Below are positions 1 to 12,800 of a stretch of 53,235 nucleotides of DNA, piece by piece. Both the position numbers and the translations under genes were made by a program. Under the pieces are notes generated by a model. That model did not search any database, was not told the DNA's origin, and saw nothing but the letters and a program-made list of their open reading frames with translations. Within the stretch, counting starts at the first letter, position 1. Every line of letters begins with the position of its first letter. This DNA is from Hydrolagus affinis. Its lineage: Eukaryota. The DNA lies in assembly GCA_012026655.1 (NCBI GenBank), contig JAAILG010002566.1, forward strand, positions 1 to 53,235, given 5' to 3'.

Positions 1-184
1 TTAAAAATATATCGATTTTTTTTTAAACAATCGAATTTAACGATAAATCGATATTTTTAAAATCACCATATCGGCATATCGTTTTGAAACTCATATCGGG
101 TTTTAGCGATATATCGAAAAATCGCCGGACCCTAGAGCCCACCGATATATCAATATTGGAAAATTTCCATATCGACGGACCCTA
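1..184. mobile_element. End of a non-autonomous DNA transposon/MITE (…GGACCCTA terminus with CGATAT/ATATCG subterminal repeats), truncated by the window edge
   Basis: Dense ATCG/ATATCG/CGATAT motifs in otherwise CpG-poor DNA. GGACCCTA occurs at 127-134 and 177-184. Confidence 0.55.
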
Positions 185-299
185 ATTGTTTATAAGCTGT
201 TTTAAAATGACTATTGATGCTGGTCGTGACTATTGATGCCTTGGCTGCGTAACACTTCTAAACTGGCGGCTATCAGTCTGTTAAATAAAAAACAATAAA

Positions 300-440
300 A
301 AAAATTGGTCACTCAATCCACGATTGTTTGTGGGACGCTGCTGTGCGCAATTGGTTGCTCTGTTTCGCCCACAAAATGTACAGTCAATTCACTTTATATT
401 CTTGAAGATTTGATAATATCAAATGCAAGGATTATTATTA
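300..440 (+). mobile_element. SINE 3' fragment (same family)
   Basis: TTTGTGGGACGCTGCTGTGCGCAATTGG ... ATCAAATGCAAGGATTATTATT. Confidence 0.8.
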
Positions 441-878
441 TCGTGGTGTTTGCATTAGATTATTGCAGGTTGGGTAGGAATTTGTCTGTTTGAAGCCTGA
501 ATGAAACCCTATTGAGTGATAGCTGTCTGCAGTCAGTAACTGAGAGCCAACAGAAACTGACCAAGGCTCCAGGATAAAAGGGTTACTTACATTTAGTCTA
601 CTTGTATGAATTATGTTGGTAAAGTCTCTCTCAATCACTAAAGCTGCTTAAAATAACAGAGATGTGGGTTGGACTTGTTTGATTAGAGAGGAATATAACT
701 TCTCTCCCCGGTTCTTTCTAATGATTTGCATGATTGGTGTTAGTTTGATGATTTTCTTTCAAATATCTAAATCATGGAATTCTATGGTATATGTTGCATT
801 TGTTTTAGGATTGTTGTGTGTGTAATTTTGGGCTGTGTTGCTGAGATACATGTTCAGAGGCAGGATACCAATACTTGC

Positions 879-1079
879 CGATTGAGATGAGCCACACCAC
901 AGTGATCTTAATGAGAACCTTGGCCCTTGAGTTGAAGCGGCTGTGATGGATAGGCTTTTTAATAGCAATGTAACGGTCCAGCGAGATTGCACACAGATGC
1001 ATGATGGAGGCTGTGGATAGAAGGATATCCAGGAAGATCCAGATAGGACACAGCTCAGAAGGTAAAACCCACTCGGAAT
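879..1079 (-). CDS. HTR2B: 5-hydroxytryptamine receptor 2B, second coding exon (TM3, DRY motif, ICL2, TM4), 201 nt; the last exon lies beyond the left edge of the window
   Basis: Acceptor CTGCCTTTCAG|AT. Translation (N)[66 protein letters not shown](G). Phase 1 at both ends, in frame with the previous exon. Donor is G|GCAAGT. Confidence 0.95.
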
Positions 1080-3417
1080 CTGAAAGGCAGATTAACTGGT
1101 TAGTATGAGTGGTGATGTTTGTGAAGATTACAATAATACCCTTTGTTCCATAACATATGTATTGCATTGCTCTATGGTTTTTCATTCAGTTTAAGCTGTT
1201 TTTTCTCTTGCTTTGTTCTGCCAAAATGAGATCACCCCAGTCGTTAAACATTAAATTCTCATTGCGTTTTTCCATGTGGTACAAAATACAATTTATATCT
1301 CGTGTAATTTATTTCAACCATTTCTGCAGGAAACCTCTTCCTGTTTTAAACTGCATTTGGAATTGACCTTTGCTTGTTCCTGCCAATCGATAGTAATCAG
1401 TCAGCAGAGGCTGGTGTATTCTCTCTTTCCTCGGCAGCGCTCCATTTGTAAGGTTATCAAACAAGTACACTGTAGTCTTGTCATGGGAAATTGACTGATC
1501 GATGAGTGTATTTTTTAAATGCTTCCTTAGCCTTCCATTGACTGAAGTAGATTAAGAAGTCAGCTCTATTGCAGCAATAAACACTATGGCAGATGGAGAT
1601 TTGCTGTATAATATGAACCAGATGTTTTCCTTTTAAGTTTTTAACCATTTGAGAACCACAGGCTTGAAATTATCACAACTTACTTCCTTAGACAAGCAAA
1701 CATGTTGCAGGTAGGGGTGAGCAGAGTTGGCTTTGAGACGTTGGTGGAAGGGGAAATATAACAAAATTGAAGCTGATGAATGAAGTGCCCACCTCACTCG
1801 GGCTTGCAATCGTTTGAGCAACAGTACTCCCATAGTAGAGATCAAAATTTAATTTTGACACCAGACTAGTGAGCTTACCCTGTCCAATTTACAGTTAGTT
1901 CTGGTTGGTGCTCAAGCTAAATGAGACATGCACTGTTATCTGAGGGTGACCCTGTCTTTGATCCCGCTGCAAGATGGTGAAATGCAGCCCTTATTCAGGT
2001 AGTGATATTCTTCGGCTACTTTATAAGAAGCACTGGGGGATACAATACAAAATTACAATTAAAATTAAATTAAAATTACAATTGTACAATTAATCCTTTC
2101 ATGTCAGGAGGACATCCCAAGGCACTGATCTATCAGACTGGAAGCTAGACCGTAGTACTTCCTTGCTATGGTCACCTGAAATCCAATTTGTCTTAAATCC
2201 AGAACAAAAAATGTAAGCAAAGACTTTTATTTCAAGCTTCAAAGTAAACTTGAAACAGTTAATGTGTTTGTGTAAGTAAACATTGGGAATAAACTTCTAG
2301 CTTTGCTGGTCTCTGATGGATTGAATCAGTCACATTTATTGCTTGAAAAGAAAAGATACTTCATGCTTTGCAGCTACAATTAGATTAGTCGGTTTTTTTC
2401 TATTCTGTTCCAAATATTTTTTAAAGGATTTCTCTGTTTAAAATAGAATAATTTGTATCTCTGCTGAACCAAACCCTAGTTATTCAATGGCTTTGGGTGT
2501 CTTTTTAAAATAAATTGAATAAATTAACAGTGAAATCAAATTTGAAACCCTTATTGCTTGAAAATTTGATTCCCACTGTTGTAGTTGAATCATTGTAGAT
2601 GAAATCTGTTGCTCTGGTCATTTTAAGTAGTTGAGGTCTGAGTTGTATAATTCAGTGGTTCAGGTGGTAATTTGCTTTTTTTTATTGATTGTTATGGCTC
2701 TGTAATGTCATTATTGGGTTAACTGCAGCATCCACATATCCCCACTGATCTACAAGCTGATCCTGACCAATATATAGGTGCACATTAAATATACATATAT
2801 ATAAAATTGCATGCATACAGTGAAATATCCACTTCTGAGTACTGAGTTACTGATTTACTGAGTAAGTCACCAGTAACCATTTATGTATGTTGATCCCAAG
2901 TGGAATGAGATGGATATTCTTCTGTTCAGTCTGTGTTTTGCTCATGCAGGAGTTGTAAAATCTTTGTTTTTATATAAATGCCATTCTATTTCTGTGGTGG
3001 GTTACTACCAGCAAGAAAGATGTTTGTTTTCCAATTTAGTTATAAACTCACTCTTTCCATCCTGTTGGAAATTGCTTGAGGGATTGGAAAAGTCCTTAAA
3101 CTCAACTTTCACGACATTTATGAAGTTAGAAGTATTAAGCTTTGCCACATAGATCCAAAGCAAATAAGCAAAGGCAGAATGTGTTAGCTGTTTATGGGAT
3201 CATATGCTGCCATTGTCTGGTGAGTTGTAAAGTTGGTATTGAATATTAGCTATATCAACACTTGATATAACATTTTCAACAGCAATATGGTTTGTATTGC
3301 AGTAGAATTTTTTTAAATTCTGGTTAAGGAAATAAAATGACAGTTGTTTAAATAAAAGTGCTTGAATTACGTCTGGGGTGAACATTTTTAATTGTGATAT
3401 TATAATAATTGTGGTAT

Positions 3418-3724
3418 TATAATAATAATCCTTGCATTTGATATTGCACTTTTCACGTCTTCTAGACATCTCAAAGTGCTTCACTTCACAATATTCTGTG
3501 CAGTGAATTGACTGTATTTAGTGAGCAAAACGTGGCAGCCATTTGCGCGCATGACTATCCCACAAACATTCATGGATTAAGTGACCAAATCACTATTTTT
3601 TTCATTGAGGGATTATTACCTAGTGTGTACAGTAAGGAAACTTGCCCAAGGTTTCACGCCTGGCAGGAATTGAACCCAGGACTCTTGCTTGCCAGGCAAG
3701 ATCTCCGACCACTGAGCTGTAGAA
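3418..3724 (-). mobile_element. Near full-length diverged copy of the tRNA-derived SINE
   Basis: AATAATAATCCTTGCATTTGATA tail, AGTAAGGAAACTTGCCCAAGG linker, CCACTGAGCT head. Confidence 0.85.
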
Positions 3725-4917
3725 CAGTATGTTTCCATTGGGCATTATATATGATTTCTTTAAAAAGCAGACTATGCATGTTCGTTTCTGCATTTCTGAT
3801 CTTCACTAAACCCATTTGACCTGGGTTTCTCTGTTAAAAGAATATTTGTTTTATTTTGGTTCATGAAATGTGCTTTATTAAACCAAAGGAGGTGAAGATC
3901 AACTTTTGTCTTCAGTTATTTATAAGATTGACGGAGCGATTTTCATTTGCATGATTAAGTTCCCTTTCCCAATTGGGTTTGAAAGAAATTCAGGACTATA
4001 ATAATTTTGTGAACACTAACTTATTTTAAAGCACTTGCATTTATATAATGTGTGGATGTATTATTAATTTTACACAGTTATACATTTTTATGTCTCTGTG
4101 GGTCGACTGATTCTGCAAATGTGCAGCTTGTGCAATGGGATGCTGAAGAGAAACTAATCTAATATGGTTAGAGTAGCAACTTTACAAAGACAATGGAGAC
4201 ATGGAGGGGAGGGAAGGGACCATAATGACTGATGAAATAGGTTTCCAGGATGGGATGGAGTTCCAAAAGGGTATAAAGGAATTTGTAGGTGGGGGTGAGC
4301 ATCTTCAAGTCTCCTGTACAATAAAGTGTGTAATTTTGTGAACTTATTTTACATAGTAAAAAAAAATCTTATATCTAAGTACTGTTGATAATTCTTTTTT
4401 TAAAAATTAGATTTTGAAATGCACTATTTTTTAAGCATTCTACCCCCTTTTCTGAAAATGTTAAAGAAATCAACAAGTGATTTCACATGAATTACAGCAG
4501 CCAGTAGGTCACCCATTAGCATCCCTTCAAAGTTGAGCAACCTGAGCTGAATGTTAAAATTTGCTTGTGCGACATGTTTACTCCATTCAGCCTGCGATTA
4601 AACCTAATTTCCATCTCATTTGGTTTCTTACAAACATATCTAATGACTATTCATATCTTGTTCCTGTTGACAGATTTCTGGAAACATGATGGTGCAAGTT
4701 AAATAAAAATGCACCTTAAATTTATTCCAATAAAGTCCTAGATTTGATGCAGTGTTGCGTTCATTATTCTCAGGAGTTTTATCAAGTATCTACTGAAATC
4801 TGTTTGTCCATAAACTATTAACCATGTTGGTGACATTGTCGGTGATTTGTTCAGATGAGATAACCATCGGAATTACTGGACATGAAGCTATGGTGGGTAA
4901 GAGTGATGTCTTTTCTG

Positions 4918-5125
4918 TAATAATAATCCTTGCTTTTAATACAGCACCTTATGTCTTTGAGACGTCTCAAAGCGCTTCACAGAATATACTGTAAAGTGGA
5001 TTGACTATATTTTGTGGGTGAAATGTGACAGCCAGTTGCGCACAGCAGCATCCCCACAAACAGTCATGGATTGAGTGACAAAAGTATTATTTACTTTAAA
5101 AAATCGAAGGGATTATTACCCCCGG
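4918..5125 (-). mobile_element. SINE 3' half (same family)
   Basis: AATAATAATCCTTGC ... GAGACGTCTCAAAGCGCTTCACAGAATATACTGTAAAGTG ... CCCCACAAACAGTC. Confidence 0.82.
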
Positions 5126-8100
5126 AAAAGCAATCTGCCAATTGATCAACAACCAGGTTCCTAATTAACTAAGTAACTTCTAATTAGCAGGAAACGCATA
5201 CGCAGTTTGATGGACTGCCACATAGACTGCCTGAAGAGAGTATTTTGATTTAATGGCCTCATAATCATTTTTCTTTTGAGTTTTGTATACATGCCTGTTT
5301 TTTAATGTATTGCTCCTATATTAATAAGGTTGGGTTGTTAAACAGTTTTTCAGAGGGAGGAAGTGTTCAAGGCCATTGCATTGAAAACCTGGGTTCATTC
5401 ACTTAATCAATACAAACGTATGGGAATGCTGATTCCCAAACTAGTGGTTCCAAACCTTGCCCTGCTTGAAGAAGGATTTGCTGTATAAATACTGTATGTT
5501 GTTTTGAAGTAAATGTTTGTAATTGGTTTGGGCTACACAAGTCCTATGCCGAGTTGTATGTCGTATATTCTATATTATTACTGCTTTTCAGTAGCAGCCC
5601 ATTGTCAAATATGCCATCTTTTGGATGAAGCATTAAACCAAGGTTCTGTCTACCCGCTCAAGTGGACTATGGAGATGCCATGAGATTATTTGACAAGAGA
5701 AGAGAGTTTCCTCCCGATGTCCTGACCAACAATCCTCCACGTAAAATTGGTCATTCACCTCCAGGCTGTTTGTGAATCGTTGCTTGTATGCAAATTGCAA
5801 GCACCTATAAAATACAATCACTGCAGTTTATAGTAAATCCTGTGAAGTGCTTTGAGACATCCTCCTGGCATAATCAATACAAGAATTATTATTAATTTTA
5901 CTTGAAGTTGAAGCATTTGTATCACGAGTACCAAATGGAACAGCCCAAATGCTCAGATGTTGCCTGTACCCTAGAAGCTAATTAGTGGCACAAATGACAA
6001 CTTTCCTGCTTTTCAAAGTGACTTTCCCGTGTATTTGAAATGTTGATCAGGATTGGACATGATTGCTAAGAATAGATAGAATAGATAGTTGCAGGCTACT
6101 TGCTCATCAGGCCTTGCTTTCATTAAACCAGAGGCTGATTAACTGTCACATTTATGTTTGTTTCTAATAAATCACATTAGGCTACGCAGGTTCTGTTCTG
6201 AGTGCTGAAGTGATATCTCCTTGTGATACCCTGTCTGTGTTTCCGAACTTTATGAACAATCAGATTTATTTTATGCTTCTTTCTTATTCTTCCCTGTGGA
6301 ACTTTGCCTGCACTCACTTCACTTCTCCACCCCAACCAGTGATTTCAGGGGTCACAGATTGAGTTTTGATGTGGTGTAGACCTTGATGAATTTGTTGTGC
6401 AGAGGAATTACTTGCCGTAATGTCATGTCACTTTGAATTTAGTGTCTTAAACCTAGAGGCTGTCCTTAGTGTTTTACCCAGAAACTCTGGCTGACCTCGG
6501 GGATGCTAGAGAAGATGTTATGTGTCTGCATGCCGATCCTGATGATATCTTAATGAATGTAAGAACAACTTAAAAGGTCATTTGTTATAAAAGGTTTATA
6601 AGAATTGGGCTTTAACACTATGTTGGATTCTTCTGAAAGTTGTCCTTTCAGTATCAACGGGTTTTATAATTTGACTACCAATTAATGTGACGACTAATTC
6701 AAGTCTGCTTCAGCACCAGTGGGTAAGTGGTCAGACACTTTGCCCTTGGTTTCTGAAATTCTCTCAAATCCCTCCCAAGGCCAGAGACCCACTCTGTGTA
6801 TTTACTTTTGTAATGCAGTTTAATGTTGATCATAATCCTTGCATTTGTTGTAGACCTTATCACTTCTTAGAGGCGTCTCATAGCGCTACACAGAATATGT
6901 CGTAAAGTGAATTGACCACTTGTATGTTGTGGGCGAAACATTTTCAGACATATTCTATACGAAGACCACGAGGTAAATACAATTTGATCATCCATAACAT
7001 TTCTTATCAAATATGTTTCTATGAACTGAGCTCAGTTAGCTGCTGCCAGTTACTAAAGATGTTTTAAATTTAGATGTGTGGACATTAATTCATTTCTGAA
7101 GTAGCTTTATAGCATTTTTTAAAAATGTGGACAGTCAGTTTCCTTTCTTTCTCTTGCCCGACCTCTTTTCTTATAATTGCATAATTCCTGATTCTGGGAC
7201 AGACCAACATTTCAGCAAGATAAATTGGTTAACTATTTCTGATTAATCTTTTGGATATCTCCTTCCTGAGAGAACAGCATTTTCTATTTGTAAATAAGCC
7301 ATGAGCTGAATGCAGACACACTGAGTAAAAAGAATCCTTAGCTTGTGCTATCTTTGGGAATATTCATCTTTTTAAAACTGCCTGTCTGAAGGGTCTTGTG
7401 ATCGTGATCACAAATAAAATATAACTAAATTGCTTTCCTCCCAAAGACAAGTTTTTGTTGTACTTTTAAAATATATAAAATCTGAGTAAATGAAAATGAG
7501 CTGCGCTGTTGAGAATACAATTGATGTGTGTTAATGTGCCCTTCTGGGAGTCTGATTTCATCAAATGAGATGATTTACAGAACAATCTAATTGCCTACAA
7601 ATCTGAAGTCACTACCCTTCGTTGTAAATCTTGCAACGCGCTTTGAGACATTTCAACAAAGCGAAGGCATTATTACAAACTTGGAGGCAGATCAAGATGG
7701 AGCAATTTGAGTACAATACTTGCAATCCAGTAAATTGTAGAATTTAAAGCGCTTTGAGACGCCGTCCGGCGTGGAGGGCGCTGTATAATGTTGTTGTTGT
7801 AGTGCAGAACAGCACCGTTATCAAAAAAAAAGCCAGTTATCAGTTAATATGGTCCTGTAATCAGGTCTAACACTGGTGTATGAAGCTATCCAATTTGGGG
7901 GTTTATGTTGACTGGCAGTTTAACTTTGTTTTGGTGTTCTATTAGTTGGCGTGGAATGTGTATTGTATTCCTGCACTTGCAATAACAGAAAACTACTGTT
8001 TTCTTCCTGGAAGAGAGTGGTAGAAATGTAAGAAGATATGCTGAATATTGTGCTTTTTGCTTTGCATCACACCTGCTGAACAACCTTAGAAAGTTACAGC

Positions 8101-8792
8101 AGAAGAGGGGACTATTCGGTCCATCGTGCCTTAGAAAGAGCTATCTTTTTAGTTCCATTCTCCTACCTATTTTATATTTCCGCTTTCAAGTGTTTATCTA
8201 ATTCAGTCTTAAATGCTAAAGTGGATTGTACCTCAATGACTGTTCCAGTCGGGCGTTCCATATTGCAACAAATTCCACTGTAACAAAATTTCTCCCAACT
8301 TCTCTCACTTTGCTTGTTTGATCATGTACAGTATTTTATATCTATGTGCTCTAGCTATCAACTTACCAAACAGTGGAAATAATTATTTCCTGTTTATGTT
8401 GTAAAAACGTCTCAAAACCTTAAATTTGTGGTAATAATTTTGAACAAAATTTCCAACATTTAAGTTCTTTAGAAGAAAAAAATCGAGGTGCAGAATTTGA
8501 TAAAAGATGGATGAGCAATTATTTTGGGAAGGAATGGTGAGTGATTTTAAGTAGTTTCAATTAGCAACACCTGAACAAGAAAATCATCTCCCAGTTGCCT
8601 GAATGCAATGCTTTAGATTCATATTCCAAAGGTATAATTCACTTAGACAGGTTGTGTTTCATATAAAGGACTCGCGATATGATTGAAACACAATTTGGGT
8701 TTGAAGCTCGATTAGTACGTGGTTTGCATTGCAATACTGACTCCAGCTGCAATCCTATCGTGTTTAATAAAGTAATATTGAATGAGACTTAC

Positions 8793-9258
8793 TGAATAGA
8801 ATGTTTAGAAGAGCGACCGGCATCACCAGCAATCCAACCAACATGTCCGCTGCCGCGAGTGACATGAGAAAGTAGTTAGTGGCATTCTGGAGTTTCTTCT
8901 CCAGAGACACTGCTAAAATAACAAGTATATTTCCTCCGATCGTGGGTATGATCACCATTAGAATCAGAAGTGCTGCCCACTGCAGCCCATTCTCGTGCAA
9001 CTGCTCGCCTTTTAAAAATCCCGAGTCCAGAAGTGAAGGGAACTTGGACTCTTCTGTAATTGTCAGATAGAAGGTTGCGTTGATTCTGGAGGTGTTGAAT
9101 GGCTGAGCTGGAGACTCCTGCATCCTGTCAATGGCCAGCGAGCTGGTGGAGTCCGGTGAGTTGGACAAGATGATCCCGGCTGAACCAGTCATGGTATTCT
9201 GAAGGCTGATAGTTGTCCCTATGGTTGGTTTTGGAGACTCCAGAGGATCAGGCAACAT
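8793..9258 (-). CDS. HTR2B: 5-hydroxytryptamine receptor 2B, first coding exon (N-terminus, TM1, TM2)
   Basis: Translation contains [63 protein letters not shown], matching HTR2B TM1-TM2. Ends at a phase-1 donor A|GTAAGT (intron starts at 8792). Start codon uncertain: in-frame ATGs at 9258, 9192 and 9123. Confidence 0.95.
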
Positions 9259-9885
9259 GATCTGGAAACCAATCTCGCAGACTACTGCCGCCGCGCATTT
9301 GTCAAGAGTGGCATGTCTACACTCTGGGATACTTAATTTAAAGCTTGCCTCCTGGCTTTTGGTAGCGCTGCGGTGGTGAATATTAATTTCTCACTTTGCA
9401 TTTTGCCTCGACCTCTTGTCTCTCGGGCGGACTGCTGTATCTTTATTGGGCTTGTCGGGCAGAGCCGGAACCGTTCCCAGCTCGTTTATGAGACGAGCCA
9501 GGAGTTTCTCACCACAGCACTCTACTCGCTGCTTCTCTGAATTTCTCTGCTCTCGACATTTCCCATTAAGTTATGCAGGTTTCTAATTAAATATACTGCA
9601 CGCCGCTGCAAGCTCTGCCATTCCTCTTGCCTCAGTCAGTCTGGCACTTCTCAAACATTCTCCAGGATAGTTATCGTAAATCCAGTCATCAGTCAGCAAA
9701 ATGAGAAGGTGTTTGCTTTGCTGTGTCAGGAAATCATCTTGGCTGCTGCTTCTCTCTCTCTCTCTCTCCTCAGCTTGACATACTTTGAGCCATTTGGTGT
9801 ATAGCTGTCCAGTTGCTCCTGCTGCCTCTGCTCTTTCTGGCTGCATTACATTTCTGTTACTCACTTCTCTCTTCTGTTCACTGCC

Positions 9886-9893
9886 CTTTTATG
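9886..9893 (-). promoter_or_regulatory. Possible TATA-like box (CATAAAAG) upstream of HTR2B
   Basis: Motif about 630 nt upstream of the first ATG, preceding a purine-rich and then CpG-containing stretch. Motif match only. Confidence 0.2.
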
Positions 9894-12800
9894 CCTGAGT
9901 TATGTAGAGTACTATCACATCAGAGTACTGTACTACAGCTACATTTTCTTACTGATCCCCTCTGACAGCCTGTGGCGCTGTGTTTACCTCTTTGCTGGAC
10001 TATGCCGGGATTGCTCTCGCTGCTGATTTCCTCTAATACAGAACGCTGCTATTTTATAATGTTGCTCTCGGGGCACTATCAGCCTCAAATGCTCGAATGC
10101 AAGAAAACAAGTGTATGTTTTTACTATTGGAACAAAGCCAGCGGGCTTAAAGGTAATCTCCTGAATGACTGGGGCAGAAAGTGAATGACCTCCATTATGG
10201 AGAAATCTTTACTCCAGATTTTGTACTATGAGGAGCATTCTCAATTTTATGTTTTCTTGTTTTTCTTGTTTTCCCCGATAAATTAGACCCATCGCCCGAT
10301 TTATCTTTCGTGTCCTCCTCCCCGCACTGCTGCATCTTACTTAACCCTTTATTTCTAAGGAGTCAAAACTTCACAACTGGAAGTAATTGACTGCCTTAGC
10401 TCTGGTTTGTAGGGAAAGAGTTAATTGGCAGAGATTTCAAACTGGTCTGTCCATTGTTTACTCGAGTTTGTAGGGCTTGTGAAAACCATATGGCATAAAT
10501 GCTTTTGATTTGTTAAGAAGCAGCCGGATAAACTCCTGTGGGGCTATGCTGTGTAAGTACTGGAAGGATGAGGGAAGAGTCTTAATAGAGTTATCGTTCC
10601 AGATTTACTTAGCTGTCAAATTCAGTAAATCGTTCATTGTGGCGTTATTGTATATCTTGTGGAGTGGACAGATGTCCTGGATGTTTAGATTTAGAGATTC
10701 AGCACGTGTTGAAGTTTCCGACATAAAGACAGTTTTGCGTTTCTCCTGAGGCATTGGCGTTTGCTGGGTATTCAGCCATCTGCTAGCAACGGGGGCTACA
10801 GGGGTCGCTGGTCTGGGGAGTCCTCACTTTTTGATTTTATGGATCTGGGGTGAAGGCAATCTTGTGTTCCTGGGCCTTATAACCTTGAATAATCCTTGAG
10901 GTGCAAACATGTTGCTTTGAGGTAAGGGACAGGCCTAGCTATGATTACACTGTACAAGACCATCTAGGATCATCGATAACCTAAGCACCATATGTAGGAG
11001 GAAAGAGTTATAAAGGAGAGGCACTTGTCTAAAGGACCAACGTACATCCATGAAATCCATAAAAAATCAATGAACTGAATAATTGCCATCCTCAATCTCA
11101 AGCCAGCAATGAAACCAATGTGATTGGCTTTCAGAAATGTTCAGCTTTTTCTATCATCATGGAAGGAGTTGGGGTGAGACCAGTGCTGTAGAAATGAGAT
11201 TAGGACTATTAATGAATCTTTGAACATTACCAGAAGAGTCAATCTAAATGAATGAATCATCAAGGTTTTTCTGTGCTGTTGTGATAGTGGATGGAAGTCT
11301 AATTTGGCACCTTGTTGAAGCTGGAGCAATATACAGTGGTTTACCTTCCTATAAATAATTCCTGGGCCTTTTTGTTTAAATCTGCTCACTGGAGACATTA
11401 CATTCACGTTGTTGTATGGAAGGGAAATGTAGTTTGACTCTTGATTGAAGAGGTTGGTCCCAGAAAAGGATACAAAATATAATGGAGAAATGTTACTAAC
11501 GCTTGCATACGTGACGTTTCTCCCTCCCTGTAGTTTTGTAAATATCAATAAGAATTTTAGAACTTCAATACGTGCGATGATTCACTTTTGGAAAGTTTTC
11601 TGCTCTTGTGAAGTGGTCTGAGAAGCCATCTGACGTGGAGGGCGCTATATAAATGCAAGTTGTTGTTGTAGATTATATGGGACTTTAAGCTCAAAATCGT
11701 AGTGGCTCGGTACTGTACCATGGGAACATTGCATTGTCAAACTTGCTGTGCTTCAGATGAGATATTACAATTGACATTTAAATAGCACCTTTCACAGTAC
11801 AATAACAGTGTGTATATTTGCAAGACATTGTGCCTTTACTTACCTGTACTTACCAAATCATTGTGAGATTGCCAGTGAAGGCTTGTATTAAAATATTGTT
11901 GGCAGCTGAAAATGTGATTTGAACTTTACTGATTTCCTAAATTCGGAGTAAAATGAAAAGTATGCAGGGATCAAACGTTATAGCTGGAAAGTCATTGACC
12001 ATTCATTTTCCAAGTTCAAACACTATCGCGAGCTTCTCCGTTCCTTCCTGTGGAGGAAGATTTCTAAGATAAAATTGCCTGCGTTTGCATGTGTTAGCAA
12101 CTGCGATTCCGCTTTCTGTTTTGCCGTGATTTATTGCTTTTCATTTGTGGTGCATCTTCTGTTAAAGGAAGTCTCCAGATTTAAGCCCTGTAGCAATACA
12201 GTGGAGAGGATATTTCATGACTAGCCATACCTTTTGTATTTTATGCTCTATTTATTTTAAGTGAAAAGCACAATATAGATGTAAAAAGTAAAGCTCTGGA
12301 TTGTCAGCTTTGTGCATGTGCAGAAAACAGGGAGTGACATTGGTGCGAAACTGATACCTTAGAAGTGACCATTGTGGTGGGAAATTTGCCAAACGTTCAG
12401 TAGATGAGTGAGCAGGCTGTCTGCACACATGCAAAGTAAATGGAGTGCATCGTGCAAACACATTATAACCAAATTTGCGTCATATAGAAATGCATTATAC
12501 TGTGGCTGTACTTTGCTTTCTCTTGGGAGAATCGAATCATAATTCCTGGAGCTTCAACAGAAGACTAATGCCACGCAAAACAAAATAACATTTGTTAAGT
12601 GCCTTTCACACGTCGGGAGGACGTCCCAAGGCACTGGGAGCATGGGTTGATAGAATATTATTTTTGTTGAGTAAAGAAAGAGAATAATTAGTGAGCGCTT
12701 AAAAGAAAGAATAGAAGGAAAACCTTGGCATCTTAATCCCCATGAAGCAGTTTTGCCATTCCTGTTGTGTAGACTGATAAGTAGGCTATGGATTTTTCTT

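Noticed and set aside
950-965. HTR2C-like A-to-I editing site in ICL2
   Set aside because: Codons differ (ATT AAA AAG CCT ATC) and I see no complementary sequence in the adjacent intron.
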